Source of the DNA: a virus
Lineage: Duplodnaviria > Caudoviricetes
Virus record (IMG/VR): IMGVR_UViG_3300025316_000016
Location: 977 to 64,976 of that record
Direction: 5' to 3' (one strand)
DNA: 64,000 nt
Positions within the stretch are counted from its first letter, which is position 1. Each line of letters opens with the position of its first letter. The position numbers and the translations under genes are program-made. Of the stretch, positions 1 through 9,810 are shown piece by piece. Below the pieces are notes generated by a model that ran no database searches, had not been told where the DNA came from, and saw only the letters and a program-made list of their open reading frames with translations.

Positions 1-281
1 TTACCTTCTTCACGAAGACCTACAATTAAATGTGAAACACGATCAAGATTAATGCTTGGTGTATCTGGATGTCCTAACTCACCAAAAGCACGTTTCTTAT
101 CTATATATGCTTCTGTATAACGAGCAACTTCTTTACTCATTGTATGTTGTTCATACAAACGACCATTGCGGTTCTTTACACCAGCAACTAGGAATGGTCC
201 TTCAATGAATAGAGACTTTTTACCATCAACATCTTCTGTTAGATAGTTTACTGTTTCGTTTATTTCTTTTATTAGCTTCAT
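1..281 (-). CDS. gp21: Prohead core scaffold/protease (5' part; runs off the window)
   Basis: Not in the ORF track. Manual translation from ATG at 281 gives MKLIKEINETVNYL...FIEGPFLVAGVKNRNGRLY...RAFGELGHPDTPSINLDRVSH, the typical gp21 motifs. Confidence 0.95.
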   Translation of the reverse strand, partial: MKLIKEINETVNYLTEDVDGKKSLFIEGPFLVAGVKNRNGRLYEQHTMSKEVARYTEAYIDKKRAFGELGHPDTPSINLDRVSHLIVGLREEG

Positions 282-314
282 ACTATTCCTGTGTTATAGT
301 GTCCAGACGGTCTA

Positions 315-860
315 TTATGGCGTGATTGCATAAATCCCGTATGAAAATGCTGCGGGATCATTAAATTGTCCGCGTTGATACATAGCATTATCTTTTCTGA
401 AGCTACAGATTATTGTATAACTGCAATTTGCGGCAGCGCCGGTAGTAGCAATACCAAGATTTCCATTTGGGTTTGTTGCGTTATTTGGTATAGATACCAT
501 ATTCTCGCCACCATATGTTCCTGCATAATTCAGGTGGAATATTGTTGCTGAGTTTGCATATTGCTGTGCAGTATTCGCACCACCACCAGTCCAGAACAAT
601 TCTACTGCTCCAGCACCTTGTGGCATATTTACAAAATACTCTACGTTTGTTAGCTGCAAATTATAATATGGTAAAGCTGTATTACTCTTACTTAGTCCAG
701 AATACAAAGGTACACTGTTAGCATCTAACGCTCCATACATAGTATTTGCTGATATTCTAGAAGTGTTTAACTCTTGTGTCGCAGAATCAAATGATCCAGT
801 TAATTTAATAATGACATCTGTTGTAGAATCTCTTAATGTCTGTGTCGTGAATTTGTTCAT
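315..860 (-). CDS. Hypothetical virion-associated protein in the head operon
   Basis: 181-aa ORF co-directional with the head genes; N/S/T/G-rich. Confidence 0.7.
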   Translation of the reverse strand: MNKFTTQTLRDSTTDVIIKLTGSFDSATQELNTSRISANTMYGALDANSVPLYSGLSKSNTALPYYNLQLTNVEYFVNMPQGAGAVELFWTGGGANTAQQYANSATIFHLNYAGTYGGENMVSIPNNATNPNGNLGIATTGAAANCSYTIICSFRKDNAMYQRGQFNDPAAFSYGIYAITP

Positions 861-871
861 TTTCTATCCTA

Positions 872-1174
872 TTATTCGTCTATATCCAGAGACTCTTCAA
901 CAGGTCCCTTCGACCATTGAGAACTTGTGTACGGTACTGTTACGTATTGTTTAATCTTATCAGCGAAATATAGAGCAACTCTTTGGTTATTAGGAAACTG
1001 TCTAATAGACTTTCGTTTCATAACAATGATCGCTGGTGGATCCATAGAATCATTCTTAGCAGCTTCACATATATCGGGTTTCACTATCTTAGGTTTCTTC
1101 TTTGGCACTTCAGACAAATTACTGAAATGTGCCCCTATTTCATCTAACTGGTTAAATTCCTTGAATGATTTCAT
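872..1174 (-). CDS. Putative prohead core/internal protein
   Basis: Likely start at 1174 (ATGA overlap with the upstream stop). N-terminus MKSFKEFNQLDE. Lies between gp67 and gp21. Confidence 0.65.
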   Translation of the reverse strand: MKSFKEFNQLDEIGAHFSNLSEVPKKKPKIVKPDICEAAKNDSMDPPAIIVMKRKSIRQFPNNQRVALYFADKIKQYVTVPYTSSQWSKGPVEESLDIDE

Positions 1175-1572
1175 TTCTTCTTCGAGTACCAAGATGGTTG
1201 TTTGTTCTGGTCTACTGGTCTATATACTCGCCCAGAACCTCTACAGTTTTCACAAGACGAACCACTACCACGTCCCTCTCCAGTACCATCACACGCACGA
1301 CAATCTACCTTGCCCTCATCAGATTCGCTCAATCCAACTTCAAATTTAGCATTCTGCACAGCATCAGCCTTTGTGTCGTGGTATGATATTGATTTATCAC
1401 CTACATGTTTACCATCTTTATAATGGTGTACTTGGTATTCGTTATATTCTTTACTATGGCGAACTACGGCAGTGTGTCCATGATCACCATCGAATGATGC
1501 AATTTTACGAGTTCCTGTAATAGAACTAGCTTTTGCTTCATCTAATTGCGAAAACTCTTTAAATGATTTCAT
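1171..1572 (-). CDS. Putative internal head protein with DnaJ-type CxxCxGxG zinc finger
   Basis: Likely start at 1572 (MKSFKEFSQLDE). Contains CRACDGTG and CENCRGSG. Confidence 0.65.
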   Translation of the reverse strand: MKSFKEFSQLDEAKASSITGTRKIASFDGDHGHTAVVRHSKEYNEYQVHHYKDGKHVGDKSISYHDTKADAVQNAKFEVGLSESDEGKVDCRACDGTGEGRGSGSSCENCRGSGRVYRPVDQNKQPSWYSKKK

Positions 1573-1573
1573 A

Positions 1574-1909
1574 TTAGAAATTCCATGGTTTTGCGCCATG
1601 ATCTTTAGCGACTTGTTTTGCATGAGATTTACTATTCACAGGAACCACTAAACCACCAGTTGGTTGCATAGAATCTGTTACTCTAACAGTATATCCTTTA
1701 GCCTTACTGCCTGTATAATGGGCAAATTTTTCTGTGCTATTCTCATCTAATTCTTCAACAGATTCTTCTTGCTTGCCCATGTAACCAGAAGCAATTTCTT
1801 GCTTTTTAGATTCTATGTGAGCAGCGACTTTATCATGTATAGCACTGTATAATTCTTTTCTAAAATCTGTACCATTATCTTGGTATGCGTAATCGATTAA
1901 ATTTTTCAT
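1574..1909 (-). CDS. gp67: Prohead core protein, gp67-like
   Basis: Small helical protein directly after the portal (LIDYAYQDNGTDFRKELYSAIHDKVAAHIESKKQEIA), preceded by a late promoter. Confidence 0.7.
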   Translation of the reverse strand: MKNLIDYAYQDNGTDFRKELYSAIHDKVAAHIESKKQEIASGYMGKQEESVEELDENSTEKFAHYTGSKAKGYTVRVTDSMQPTGGLVVPVNSKSHAKQVAKDHGAKPWNF

Positions 1910-1929
1910 TTATTTCTCCGTTATTAATC

Positions 1930-1937
1930 TATTTATA
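1930..1937 (-). promoter_or_regulatory. T4-type late promoter TATAAATA
   Basis: Exact TATAAATA about 20 nt upstream of the gp67-like start. Confidence 0.85.
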
Positions 1938-1942
1938 AAACG

Positions 1943-3568
1943 TTACAATACACGTTTAATGGTATCAAATGCACTATACTCTTCTGGTATAGGCTGATCA
2001 ACTGGTGGATCTAATTGATTCATCATTTGCTGTTGTGTTACAGCATTTGTCACTTCAACAGGAACATCAAAACCTTCTTTCTTTTCCTTTGCGATTTCTG
2101 CTGTCATATCTTCGATCTGAACATCTGTTAATCTTAATACTTTACGTTGAATCCAAGATTTAGAATAGTATGTTCCAGTATAAGGATCGACTTGACTCAA
2201 TAACGACAATCTTTCTTTCATCAATTCAGCATCTTTCATTTCAGCAAAGTTATTATCTCTGATGAAATCGTAGTATATATGTTCTTTAAAGTCTTCCCAC
2301 TCTTCGGCTGTGCATATGCCTTTCAACACACACTGTGCGCGTAATGCTTGGTTAAACATGTCAGAGAATTTGTTTCTAAGTCTATCAATAAACTTAGCGA
2401 ATTTCAGCTCATCTCTTGTCACTTCTGATACACGACCCAGTGCAAAACCTTGGTTTGGTTCTAAACGTGAAACAGGAACACTTAATGCTTTGTATAGTTT
2501 TCTCTCGAAGTATTTAACATCTTCAAGTTCACCCAAGTTTTGTCCACCTGGTAGTGTAGTAATCTCGGTACCTTTACCACCTTCTCTACGTGGTAACCAG
2601 AAATCTTCCATCATTGACATGAATTTACGATCATCTCGTACTTCACCTGTCGCGGCATCATACACAAGCTTATTCTTGTACTTTGCCATGATGTCACGTA
2701 GGTACTGTTCAGCTTTTAGCTTAGGTAGATTACCCACATCGATATAGAAAATTCTACGTTCTGGTGCTCTAGAAATACGATAGATTACCGTAGCATCTTC
2801 AATCATTCTCAATTGGTTTAGAGGTTTAATTGCTTTGTGTAGATACGACAACACAACTGAACGTCTAGAATCCATTAGTCCAGACACAACTGAAATAATA
2901 GAGTCTGTTGTAATTCTAACACCGGCAGGACCGAAGCTTGATGAACCGCCACCAGCAACTTTATCATTGAATATGTAATACTCATTGATAACATTCATTA
3001 CATCAACTCCAGTACGATCATCCTTCTTCTTTTTAATTTCTCGTACTTTCCTTAGTTTTCTTGGGTCGATATAACGTAATGCTTTAATACCTTCTGTTGG
3101 ATTTTCTTTGTCTATAATGATGTGATAGTACATTTTCCCATCAACATAGTATCTACGAAAGATATCCTGTGCCATATTTTTGTAGTTCAGTAGTTTTAAT
3201 ACTGTAGCAAATTCTTCCCGAATTGCTTTCTTAATCTTATCTGGCTGTTTTAAATCGTCCAGTACGATATCTGTAATTCTTCCATCGTCATCTATACTAA
3301 TTGCTTCATTGACGATATCATCTAGTGCTGATTCAATTTCAGGTTGCATAGCCATTTCACGATAACGAGAAATAAGCTCTACCTCATTTTTGGCAGTACC
3401 ATCCATATCAACATACACACCCATGTGTGCGTTTGATGTGATCGTAATGGCCCCATCTTCGTTGGTTGGCGGGCTAAAGCTTGGCTGTGTCTTTTGGTCT
3501 TCCTCATGCTTTTCACGAGAAAACGTGAACCCAAATAAACTAAATTTTGTCGCACCTTGTGTTGACAT
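1943..3568 (-). CDS. gp20: Portal vertex protein
   Basis: SYLHKAIKPLNQLRMIEDATVIYRISRAPERRIFYIDVGNLPK and EDFWLPRREGGKGTEITTLPGG. Confidence 0.99.
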   Translation of the reverse strand: MSTQGATKFSLFGFTFSREKHEEDQKTQPSFSPPTNEDGAITITSNAHMGVYVDMDGTAKNEVELISRYREMAMQPEIESALDDIVNEAISIDDDGRITDIVLDDLKQPDKIKKAIREEFATVLKLLNYKNMAQDIFRRYYVDGKMYYHIIIDKENPTEGIKALRYIDPRKLRKVREIKKKKDDRTGVDVMNVINEYYIFNDKVAGGGSSSFGPAGVRITTDSIISVVSGLMDSRRSVVLSYLHKAIKPLNQLRMIEDATVIYRISRAPERRIFYIDVGNLPKLKAEQYLRDIMAKYKNKLVYDAATGEVRDDRKFMSMMEDFWLPRREGGKGTEITTLPGGQNLGELEDVKYFERKLYKALSVPVSRLEPNQGFALGRVSEVTRDELKFAKFIDRLRNKFSDMFNQALRAQCVLKGICTAEEWEDFKEHIYYDFIRDNNFAEMKDAELMKERLSLLSQVDPYTGTYYSKSWIQRKVLRLTDVQIEDMTAEIAKEKKEGFDVPVEVTNAVTQQQMMNQLDPPVDQPIPEEYSAFDTIKRVL

Positions 3569-4185
3569 TATATATTTCCTTTCATTTTACAGTTATCGAA
3601 ATGCCATCTTTTAGCATTGCCTCTATTGGTACTAATGTTACAGTATGGACATTCTATTAATATCTTCGCAGCATCACTTATATTTAGTAATGATTTTTCT
3701 GTGTGATAATTTGTAATGCCATTGTTCCAAGAAGACGTTCCCTTTCTGTTTTGTCCCATCAATATCTTTGATTCGTCAGAATGTGTTTTCCCAAGATTTT
3801 TACCCATAGAAGATGATCTGATCTTTTCTATACTTTCTCTAGTGTGGGTCGGATAATATCCAAATGTACCCTCTCCACCCAACGTCATATTATATCCATT
3901 AGAATTTTTGGACTTGATATATGAATTATTCTCAACAATAAAGTAATTTTCCATTACATTTTTACAATAGTTTAGTTCTAGTGATTGATATAAAATAGAC
4001 CAATAAAAGTTGCTCCACCCATATTTTCTTATAGACCTATGAAAATATGTTTTATATCCTGGTTGACCAACACAATTGGCTTCTATCTTATGCCTACCTT
4101 TTCTTCTTTCAAAATCCTTAGCAAAACCAATATAGCATTTACCGGTGACTTTGTTTGTTGCTTTGTATATAGTATATATAATCAT
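3568..4185 (-). mobile_element. Free-standing GIY-YIG homing endonuclease (Seg-like) with NUMOD3-type repeats and C-terminal zinc finger
   Basis: True start at 4185 (AGGAG SD). Motifs TIYKATNKVTGKCYIG, GYNMTLGGEG, HSDESKILM and C-terminal CPYC...RWHFDNCK. Confidence 0.9.
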
Positions 4186-4241
4186 GCTGTATCTCCTATA
4201 AGATATAGAGTTAGTGGATGCTGATACATCTCGACTAACAC
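4186..4241 (-). ncRNA. Structured leader motif, copy 1 (before GIY-YIG gene)
   Basis: GTTAGT-CGA-GATG-loop-CATC-C-ACTAAC, then a second hairpin covering AGGAG, then CAGC-ATG. Covaries with the copies at 60711 and 63968. Confidence 0.65.
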
Positions 4242-4245
4242 TTTC

Positions 4246-4275
4246 AAATAAAGGAGAGAACCGAAGTCCTCTCCT
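4246..4275 (-). terminator. Rho-independent terminator after gp19
   Basis: GGAGAGGAC-TTCG-GTTCTCTCC-TTTATTT with a C(UUCG)G tetraloop. Confidence 0.85.
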
Positions 4276-4282
4276 ATGATGT

Positions 4283-4828
4283 TTATGATGTTGTTGCTGC
4301 ATCCCAGTATTGGTATGCAAAAGTAACGCCATATTCTTCTATCTTATCGTTGTCGCCCCAATCTAGATCAATAGGTGCGATATCAACAGGAAACATACCA
4401 ATAAAGTTGTATGTTTTTAGTATATCACCTTGTTTGCCATACTGAGTAACCATTGCATCAACAGTATATGCAGATGCGCTGCTACTACCACCGGCAGCTC
4501 TAATATTGCTCACATGGGTATTAATACCATTTGACCAAGATTCTAGTGCATTTCTTATAGTGAAATCTTCATCATTAACGATCTGTAATGACCAGTCAGC
4601 GAAAGTTCTGTTACCAGCAAATTTCATTTCACGACCAAAATAATACATTGGAATTGAACCCAAAGATGATCCTGGTAGTTGAGCACCTTTTGCCATGAAT
4701 GTAGTTTTCTGTCCTGCAACAGAACCATTAGCGACAAAAGTTGGGAATGTTAGTGTTACCGAAAATAGATTGGGACGAGCACCGTCACCAATCAGATTCG
4801 AACGAAATTCATTTACATTAAAAGACAT
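4283..4828 (-). CDS. gp19: Tail tube protein
   Basis: GARPNLFSV, FGREMKFAGNRTFADW, IDLDWGDNDKIEEYGVTFAYQYW. Confidence 0.97.
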   Translation of the reverse strand: MSFNVNEFRSNLIGDGARPNLFSVTLTFPTFVANGSVAGQKTTFMAKGAQLPGSSLGSIPMYYFGREMKFAGNRTFADWSLQIVNDEDFTIRNALESWSNGINTHVSNIRAAGGSSSASAYTVDAMVTQYGKQGDILKTYNFIGMFPVDIAPIDLDWGDNDKIEEYGVTFAYQYWDAATTS

Positions 4829-4843
4829 TTGTATTTCTCCTTA

Positions 4844-6589
4844 TTAGACTGAACCGACAACTTCAGAGAAATTGACCGCTGTTCCAACCGCTATAAAGTT
4901 CAACTTAATGAAGTTAATAGATCGAGCTGGTTTAATGTATATATCACCAACAAATTGATTATTGTCTATAACATAACCGGTATTATTTGTAGTATCACAA
5001 ACAACTTTGAAGTCTGTAATACCGCGTCTACCCTGAACATCTCTTAAGAAAGGTGCTACTAAAGAAATGAACTGTGCACGAGTAAAGTCATCATTGAATT
5101 CAAACAATGAATATTTAGCTGCTAATGCGATAGCTTTCTCTAATACGATGAACAAACGTCTAACATTAATTCTATCAAATGCTGATGGTTTAGCTTGAAG
5201 AGTTTTGTCGCCGTATAAAATGATACCATTACCTGGGAATGACACGACTGGATTCACACCTTGTGGGTATAAAATGTCACGATTCATTTGATTAGGGTTC
5301 CATGCTAACTTAACAGCATTCTTGATATTACCGCGATTATAACCAGCTGGTGACCACCAAGGATCTCTAATAGCATCTGTGAAAGCACATAAACCAGCAA
5401 CATCACCATTTAATGGGATCCAGCGATACACATTGTTGTACTTGTCGTACATGTATTTCCAGCCAGAATCCACAACAACGTATGAAGATGAGCGTTGTAA
5501 ACCAGTTCCATTGTCATTTAACCATGTCATGATATTAGTAGATTCAAGACCATGTTGATTAACAACAGCAGAGATTGGTGGTGAGAAGAACGCTACTGCA
5601 TCACCAGAACGACCAGCAACACTTCCAGCAGGAGTTACGATGTTATCAGCAATATGCTGCAATACAGTAACATCAGCATTACCCGTGATTACTAATGAGA
5701 TATCGATCAGATCTTTATTTTCGAACAAATCATATGCATTTATTAGATCGCCATCAGAAACATCGGCATCAGTACCACCAGCAAGTTGGATTTTTACATG
5801 ACCACTTGTTGAATACGCTCTAGCAAAAGTAGTATTTGCTGCTACAGATCCCCATGTTGCTGTAGTATTTGCGTAATCAACTGAATCTATTGCATAAATG
5901 TATTGTGATTGTGATTCTAGTACATTTCTATAATATGTAGAAACTCCGTTACCATCAATAGCATCCGATGATTTAGATACGTAAGGATATGCTTCTAATA
6001 ATGCACCTTTAGTGCCAGTGATAAGGCCAAGAGTATCTGTTACGATAATGTGTATTTCGTCATTAGCACCATTAACATTAGTAGCGTATGAAGATGTTGT
6101 TGTTGGTCCACTGAAATTACCAGCAAATTCCCAAGCTTTGAATAGAGTAGTATTAGCAGAATCCCAAACATCAATAGAGATAGAATTACCTAATGCTCCA
6201 GCATAACGTGCAGCGAATGCTCCTAATGAGTTTGTAGCACCACCATGAAAATATTCATAGTCGTATATTGATTTGTTTGCTATTTGTACATTAGTTGTTG
6301 ATGTGTTAGCATCAGCATTTAAACTATTAGCACTTAAAGCTCTAACAACTCTTAAGTCATTACCATAAGCTAGAAAGCTAGATGCGGTCATGAATGAAAT
6401 TGCTGTGTTATTGTTAGGTGCGCCAAATGTTACTGATAATTGGTTTTCATCAGATACTGGTATTGCTTGTAACGCTGGTCCCCAAACAAAATTTCCGGCG
6501 AATGCGCCAGTAGATGAAGACACCGCAGGTACGACTGTTGTTAAGTCATACTCTGTTACACTTACACCTGGAGATAACTGAATTGCCAT
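4844..6589 (-). CDS. gp18: Tail sheath protein
   Basis: SPGVSVTEYDLT, WWSPAGYNRG, GDKTLQAKPSAFDRINVRRLF, YIKPARSINFIKLNF. Confidence 0.98.
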   Translation of the reverse strand: MAIQLSPGVSVTEYDLTTVVPAVSSSTGAFAGNFVWGPALQAIPVSDENQLSVTFGAPNNNTAISFMTASSFLAYGNDLRVVRALSANSLNADANTSTTNVQIANKSIYDYEYFHGGATNSLGAFAARYAGALGNSISIDVWDSANTTLFKAWEFAGNFSGPTTTSSYATNVNGANDEIHIIVTDTLGLITGTKGALLEAYPYVSKSSDAIDGNGVSTYYRNVLESQSQYIYAIDSVDYANTTATWGSVAANTTFARAYSTSGHVKIQLAGGTDADVSDGDLINAYDLFENKDLIDISLVITGNADVTVLQHIADNIVTPAGSVAGRSGDAVAFFSPPISAVVNQHGLESTNIMTWLNDNGTGLQRSSSYVVVDSGWKYMYDKYNNVYRWIPLNGDVAGLCAFTDAIRDPWWSPAGYNRGNIKNAVKLAWNPNQMNRDILYPQGVNPVVSFPGNGIILYGDKTLQAKPSAFDRINVRRLFIVLEKAIALAAKYSLFEFNDDFTRAQFISLVAPFLRDVQGRRGITDFKVVCDTTNNTGYVIDNNQFVGDIYIKPARSINFIKLNFIAVGTAVNFSEVVGSV

Positions 6590-6641
6590 TTTTTTCCCCT
6601 TAATTAAAATTACTATATTGATACATGGAATATCATAATCT

Positions 6642-6649
6642 TATTTATA
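6642..6649 (-). promoter_or_regulatory. T4-type late promoter TATAAATA
   Basis: Exact match in the gp17-gp18 intergenic region. Confidence 0.85.
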
Positions 6650-6673
6650 TAAAACTTGATCTATAAGTACCAA

Positions 6674-8461
6674 TCAATTTCTCATCAACTCACGAAAAAA
6701 TCCAGCATATACTTCACCACTATCAGCTTTCTCCCATACATCACCATCTATCACATCAAACTCATTAGCGAATCCATCTTCAATGATGGGAGCTGGTAGG
6801 GATTCATCATCAACCTGGTTGAGACTCTCAAGCTGAATTTGTTTTCTTATGTCATGTGCAACTATATCACGAAAGTATTTCTGTGTGGTAACCCATGCAA
6901 ATATTACAAGAGTCATTGCTAAATCATCATGTGCATCAGATTCGGCGGCAAATGAAGTTTTGTTAGCAACGAATGTTGTCAGTTCCGATACTGTTTCGAA
7001 GTCACAAATTTGTAGTTTGTTTCCCTCGATCAGAGTCTTTAAATTTGAACAACCTATTCTCTTCACGGCTGGTGACATTTTAAGTCCCATCTGCACACCC
7101 CTACCGAAACCACCACACAACTGCTGAGGTTTCTTGTTTCCGGTCATTATTTTGAACAGGTTTTCGTACTCAAGATCCTGGTGGATAATATCGGCAACTT
7201 GTGGGTTGTTATTTATTTCAACCAAGATGTATGCATCATTATACAAACGTGCTGCATTGTAAATGATAGTTGGGAACAATATCGGTGATATATTTGAGTT
7301 GCAATATGTTGCTACTTGTTTGTATGGTGTCGATGATATGTCAAATACAGAAAACGATGATGCGTCCATGTTCCGACCTTCCGATACATCTACAGAGATA
7401 CAATACAGATGGTCTTTTATTCCATCATCATCGCCTTTGATTGGATACTCATAAATCTTTGTGTCATCGTGTTGTGTGATTGGGTCTATGAACACCAATT
7501 GTTGTAATTTAGTGCTTGATATCAGTGTATTAGTACTGCCGAGGAAATTACAATTAAACTCTTGATCAAAGTTATGATCACCGATGTTCTTTCGTGTTTC
7601 ATCTTCCCACGCCTCATCACGGCCAGGCACTTGTGACCAATGCACCTCATACGTCACATAGTTGTTTCTTTTATTAATAGCATCTGTCCAAATCTTGTAG
7701 AACAGATTCATACCATTTGGTGTAGATACTATTATGATTTTAGTTTTAGTACCGGCAGTAATAACAGGATATACAGACTGCATAAACTCGTTAGCGATAC
7801 TAGATGGTACGAATGCGAACTCATCAAGAAAAACAGTGTTGTATGAACCAGATCGAGATGCTGATGATGACGTTGATGAAGCTACAATCTTTGATCCATT
7901 CTCTAATTCAATAAAACTTTTGTTCCATGTTATAATGCCTTGTTGTAACCAGATAGGAAGATTTTCATATGCTAACTGTAGCTTTCCTAAAATGTCTCGT
8001 GCAGTCTGACCTTTGTTAGCTAGAATTGCTGTATTATGCGCGTCATGGAATAGTACTTCCCATAGCAGATATGCTACAGAAGTTGTTGTATTATGTGATA
8101 GTATGTCGTTAGTATAATATCTATGATGGTCTGAGGCTACTGTTATATCATACATATTATCATCATAACCAAGATTTTGTATGTTCATAATGAGATCAAC
8201 GCCATACCTAGTGATGATCTTAGACTTATTGGGTATTAAATCTTTGCAGAATATTTCTGAATAATCCTCTAAAAATACTATATGGTTATCCGCACACAGA
8301 AATTCTAGACCAGATTCTGTGACTAATTTGAAAACTGTGTATGGAATAGTTTTATGTATTTGAGTTGCGTCACACCACCCGGAATCTGTATCTATTTCCC
8401 ATTCAGTTATATCATAAGACTCTTCAAATTTTCTTGTTACTGTGTCAGAAATTATCTTCAT
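6674..8461 (-). CDS. gp17: Terminase large subunit, C-terminal fragment (split-intein IntC plus C-extein)
   Basis: First 124 aa are intein-like (CADNH; MYDITV...YYTNDILSHN). Then TTTSVAY, Walker B VFLDEFAF, IIVSTPNG, DVSEG, HDDLAM. Confidence 0.95.
   Translation of the reverse strand: MKIISDTVTRKFEESYDITEWEIDTDSGWCDATQIHKTIPYTVFKLVTESGLEFLCADNHIVFLEDYSEIFCKDLIPNKSKIITRYGVDLIMNIQNLGYDDNMYDITVASDHHRYYTNDILSHNTTTSVAYLLWEVLFHDAHNTAILANKGQTARDILGKLQLAYENLPIWLQQGIITWNKSFIELENGSKIVASSTSSSASRSGSYNTVFLDEFAFVPSSIANEFMQSVYPVITAGTKTKIIIVSTPNGMNLFYKIWTDAINKRNNYVTYEVHWSQVPGRDEAWEDETRKNIGDHNFDQEFNCNFLGSTNTLISSTKLQQLVFIDPITQHDDTKIYEYPIKGDDDGIKDHLYCISVDVSEGRNMDASSFSVFDISSTPYKQVATYCNSNISPILFPTIIYNAARLYNDAYILVEINNNPQVADIIHQDLEYENLFKIMTGNKKPQQLCGGFGRGVQMGLKMSPAVKRIGCSNLKTLIEGNKLQICDFETVSELTTFVANKTSFAAESDAHDDLAMTLVIFAWVTTQKYFRDIVAHDIRKQIQLESLNQVDDESLPAPIIEDGFANEFDVIDGDVWEKADSGEVYAGFFRELMRN
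8090..8461 (-). other. Split intein C-fragment (long IntC, 124 aa)
   Basis: Block B CADNH, block F MYDITV, terminal His-Asn followed by Thr+1. Confidence 0.9.
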
Positions 8462-9731
8462 AATTTAACTTAAAACTCTCCTTAAATATTATTGTGGTTT
8501 TTACTTTGTCGCCCATCAGTTCATTGATCTTATTTATCAACACATCAAGATCCACATTTTTAAGAGTTTCTGTCCAACCAAAATTGCCAACCATCTCCAT
8601 TTTTGAAATTATATTGTCTTTAAAAAATACTTGCTTTAATAATTGCTCTGTTTGGAAGCAATGGCTTATATGCGAAACTATCTCTATAATAGTTGTGTAA
8701 TCACCATTCCTAGAGTTTCGTTCTTTTACAGATTTTGATGTTATTCCGATCTTGTAAAAACCATTAGGTAACTCCAATAGATAAAAAATACCATTTCCTA
8801 TAGATTTGTTGGTCCATAAATTTACATATGATAACGAATTTGATTTCTTCTTGTTTATAGCATCAATCTCAGCTTGCGGCCTATCGTTAACAGATTCCTG
8901 CCACTTTTCCTGACGATTTTTCCACACAACAAACCCATTCACATCACCATGTTTTTCTATGCATTTTTTTAATGAGAATGTTGACTGCCTATCTGATAAT
9001 AGCTCTTTAGCCATTCCAACGTCACCGTCAGTTTTCTTTAGCCAGTATCCTATACACGTACTGTCATTACCATTATCTTTTCTAGTTTTTGCTGCTATAT
9101 AACTGAGGTCGGAATAATCTTTATTGTGTGGATTAATAAACTTTATAGAAAATGGTGATAATTTACCTCCATGCTGATACGCGGGATTTTTATCGCCTAA
9201 TACATTATCTCGAATTTTTTGGCACTTTATGGAGCTTATTTTGTATTTGTGTTTATAATCATCTATGTCCATATTATGAACATGCATAATGTGAGGCCCT
9301 AGGTCTCCGCATTTAGCGCCACATTCACCACAGATCAAATAATCATAACCATCAATTAACGAAACATCATCATATTTAGTTTGTCTTTTATTATATTCAT
9401 GGACAGCGATTAGCCTCTTTCTTTCGGTGTCATAGTCAGAACCGCCAGTATTACACCCAAAACATATTGTTGATGATTTCTTTAATTTTTTGAACTTGTT
9501 GCCACAACCAACACAATCCGCAAAGTATCTGGTATAAAATCGATTATCCATAGACAAATCTATTAAATATCCTATGCGCTTAGATATAGAAAAGTCTTCT
9601 GGTACTAGCCCATTTGTATGCTCGATTATATCTTGTGTATGTGCTTTGTATAAGTGGTGTGTCGCTTTATTGTATTTGTTTGTTTCTTTCGCGATTGTTT
9701 GGCAAATCTGTGTTATTTCTAGTATATTCAT
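8445..9731 (-). mobile_element. Putative homing endonuclease between the terminase halves (zinc fingers plus C-terminal GIY-YIG/T5orf172-like domain)
   Basis: CVGC..CFGC and CGEC..H..HVH zinc fingers; C-terminal GIFYLLELPNGFYKIGITSKSVKER...GWTE. Overlaps both gp17 fragments. Confidence 0.7.
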
Positions 9732-9810
9732 AAAATTCTCCTATAGTGATTTCCATTATATCACCAGTTGCTTTATTACGCAACCGTATAGTAGTATTTA
9801 TATCGCAGCA
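9667..9810 (-). other. Split intein N-fragment (short IntN; 47 aa, core about 28 aa)
   Basis: Cys1 immediately follows the Walker A Lys: CCDINTTIRLRNKATGDIMEITIGEFYE. Confidence 0.85.

Noticed and set aside
4186-4332. N-terminal extension of ORF 3568..4332 (MALLLHTNTG...)
   Set aside because: It overlaps gp19 and spans the terminator and structured leader. The SD and GIY-YIG motif place the start at 4185.
8445-9810. Group I intron explanation for the interrupted terminase
   Set aside because: The insert is fully occupied by overlapping ORFs, leaving no room for a ribozyme core, and both flanks carry intein motifs.
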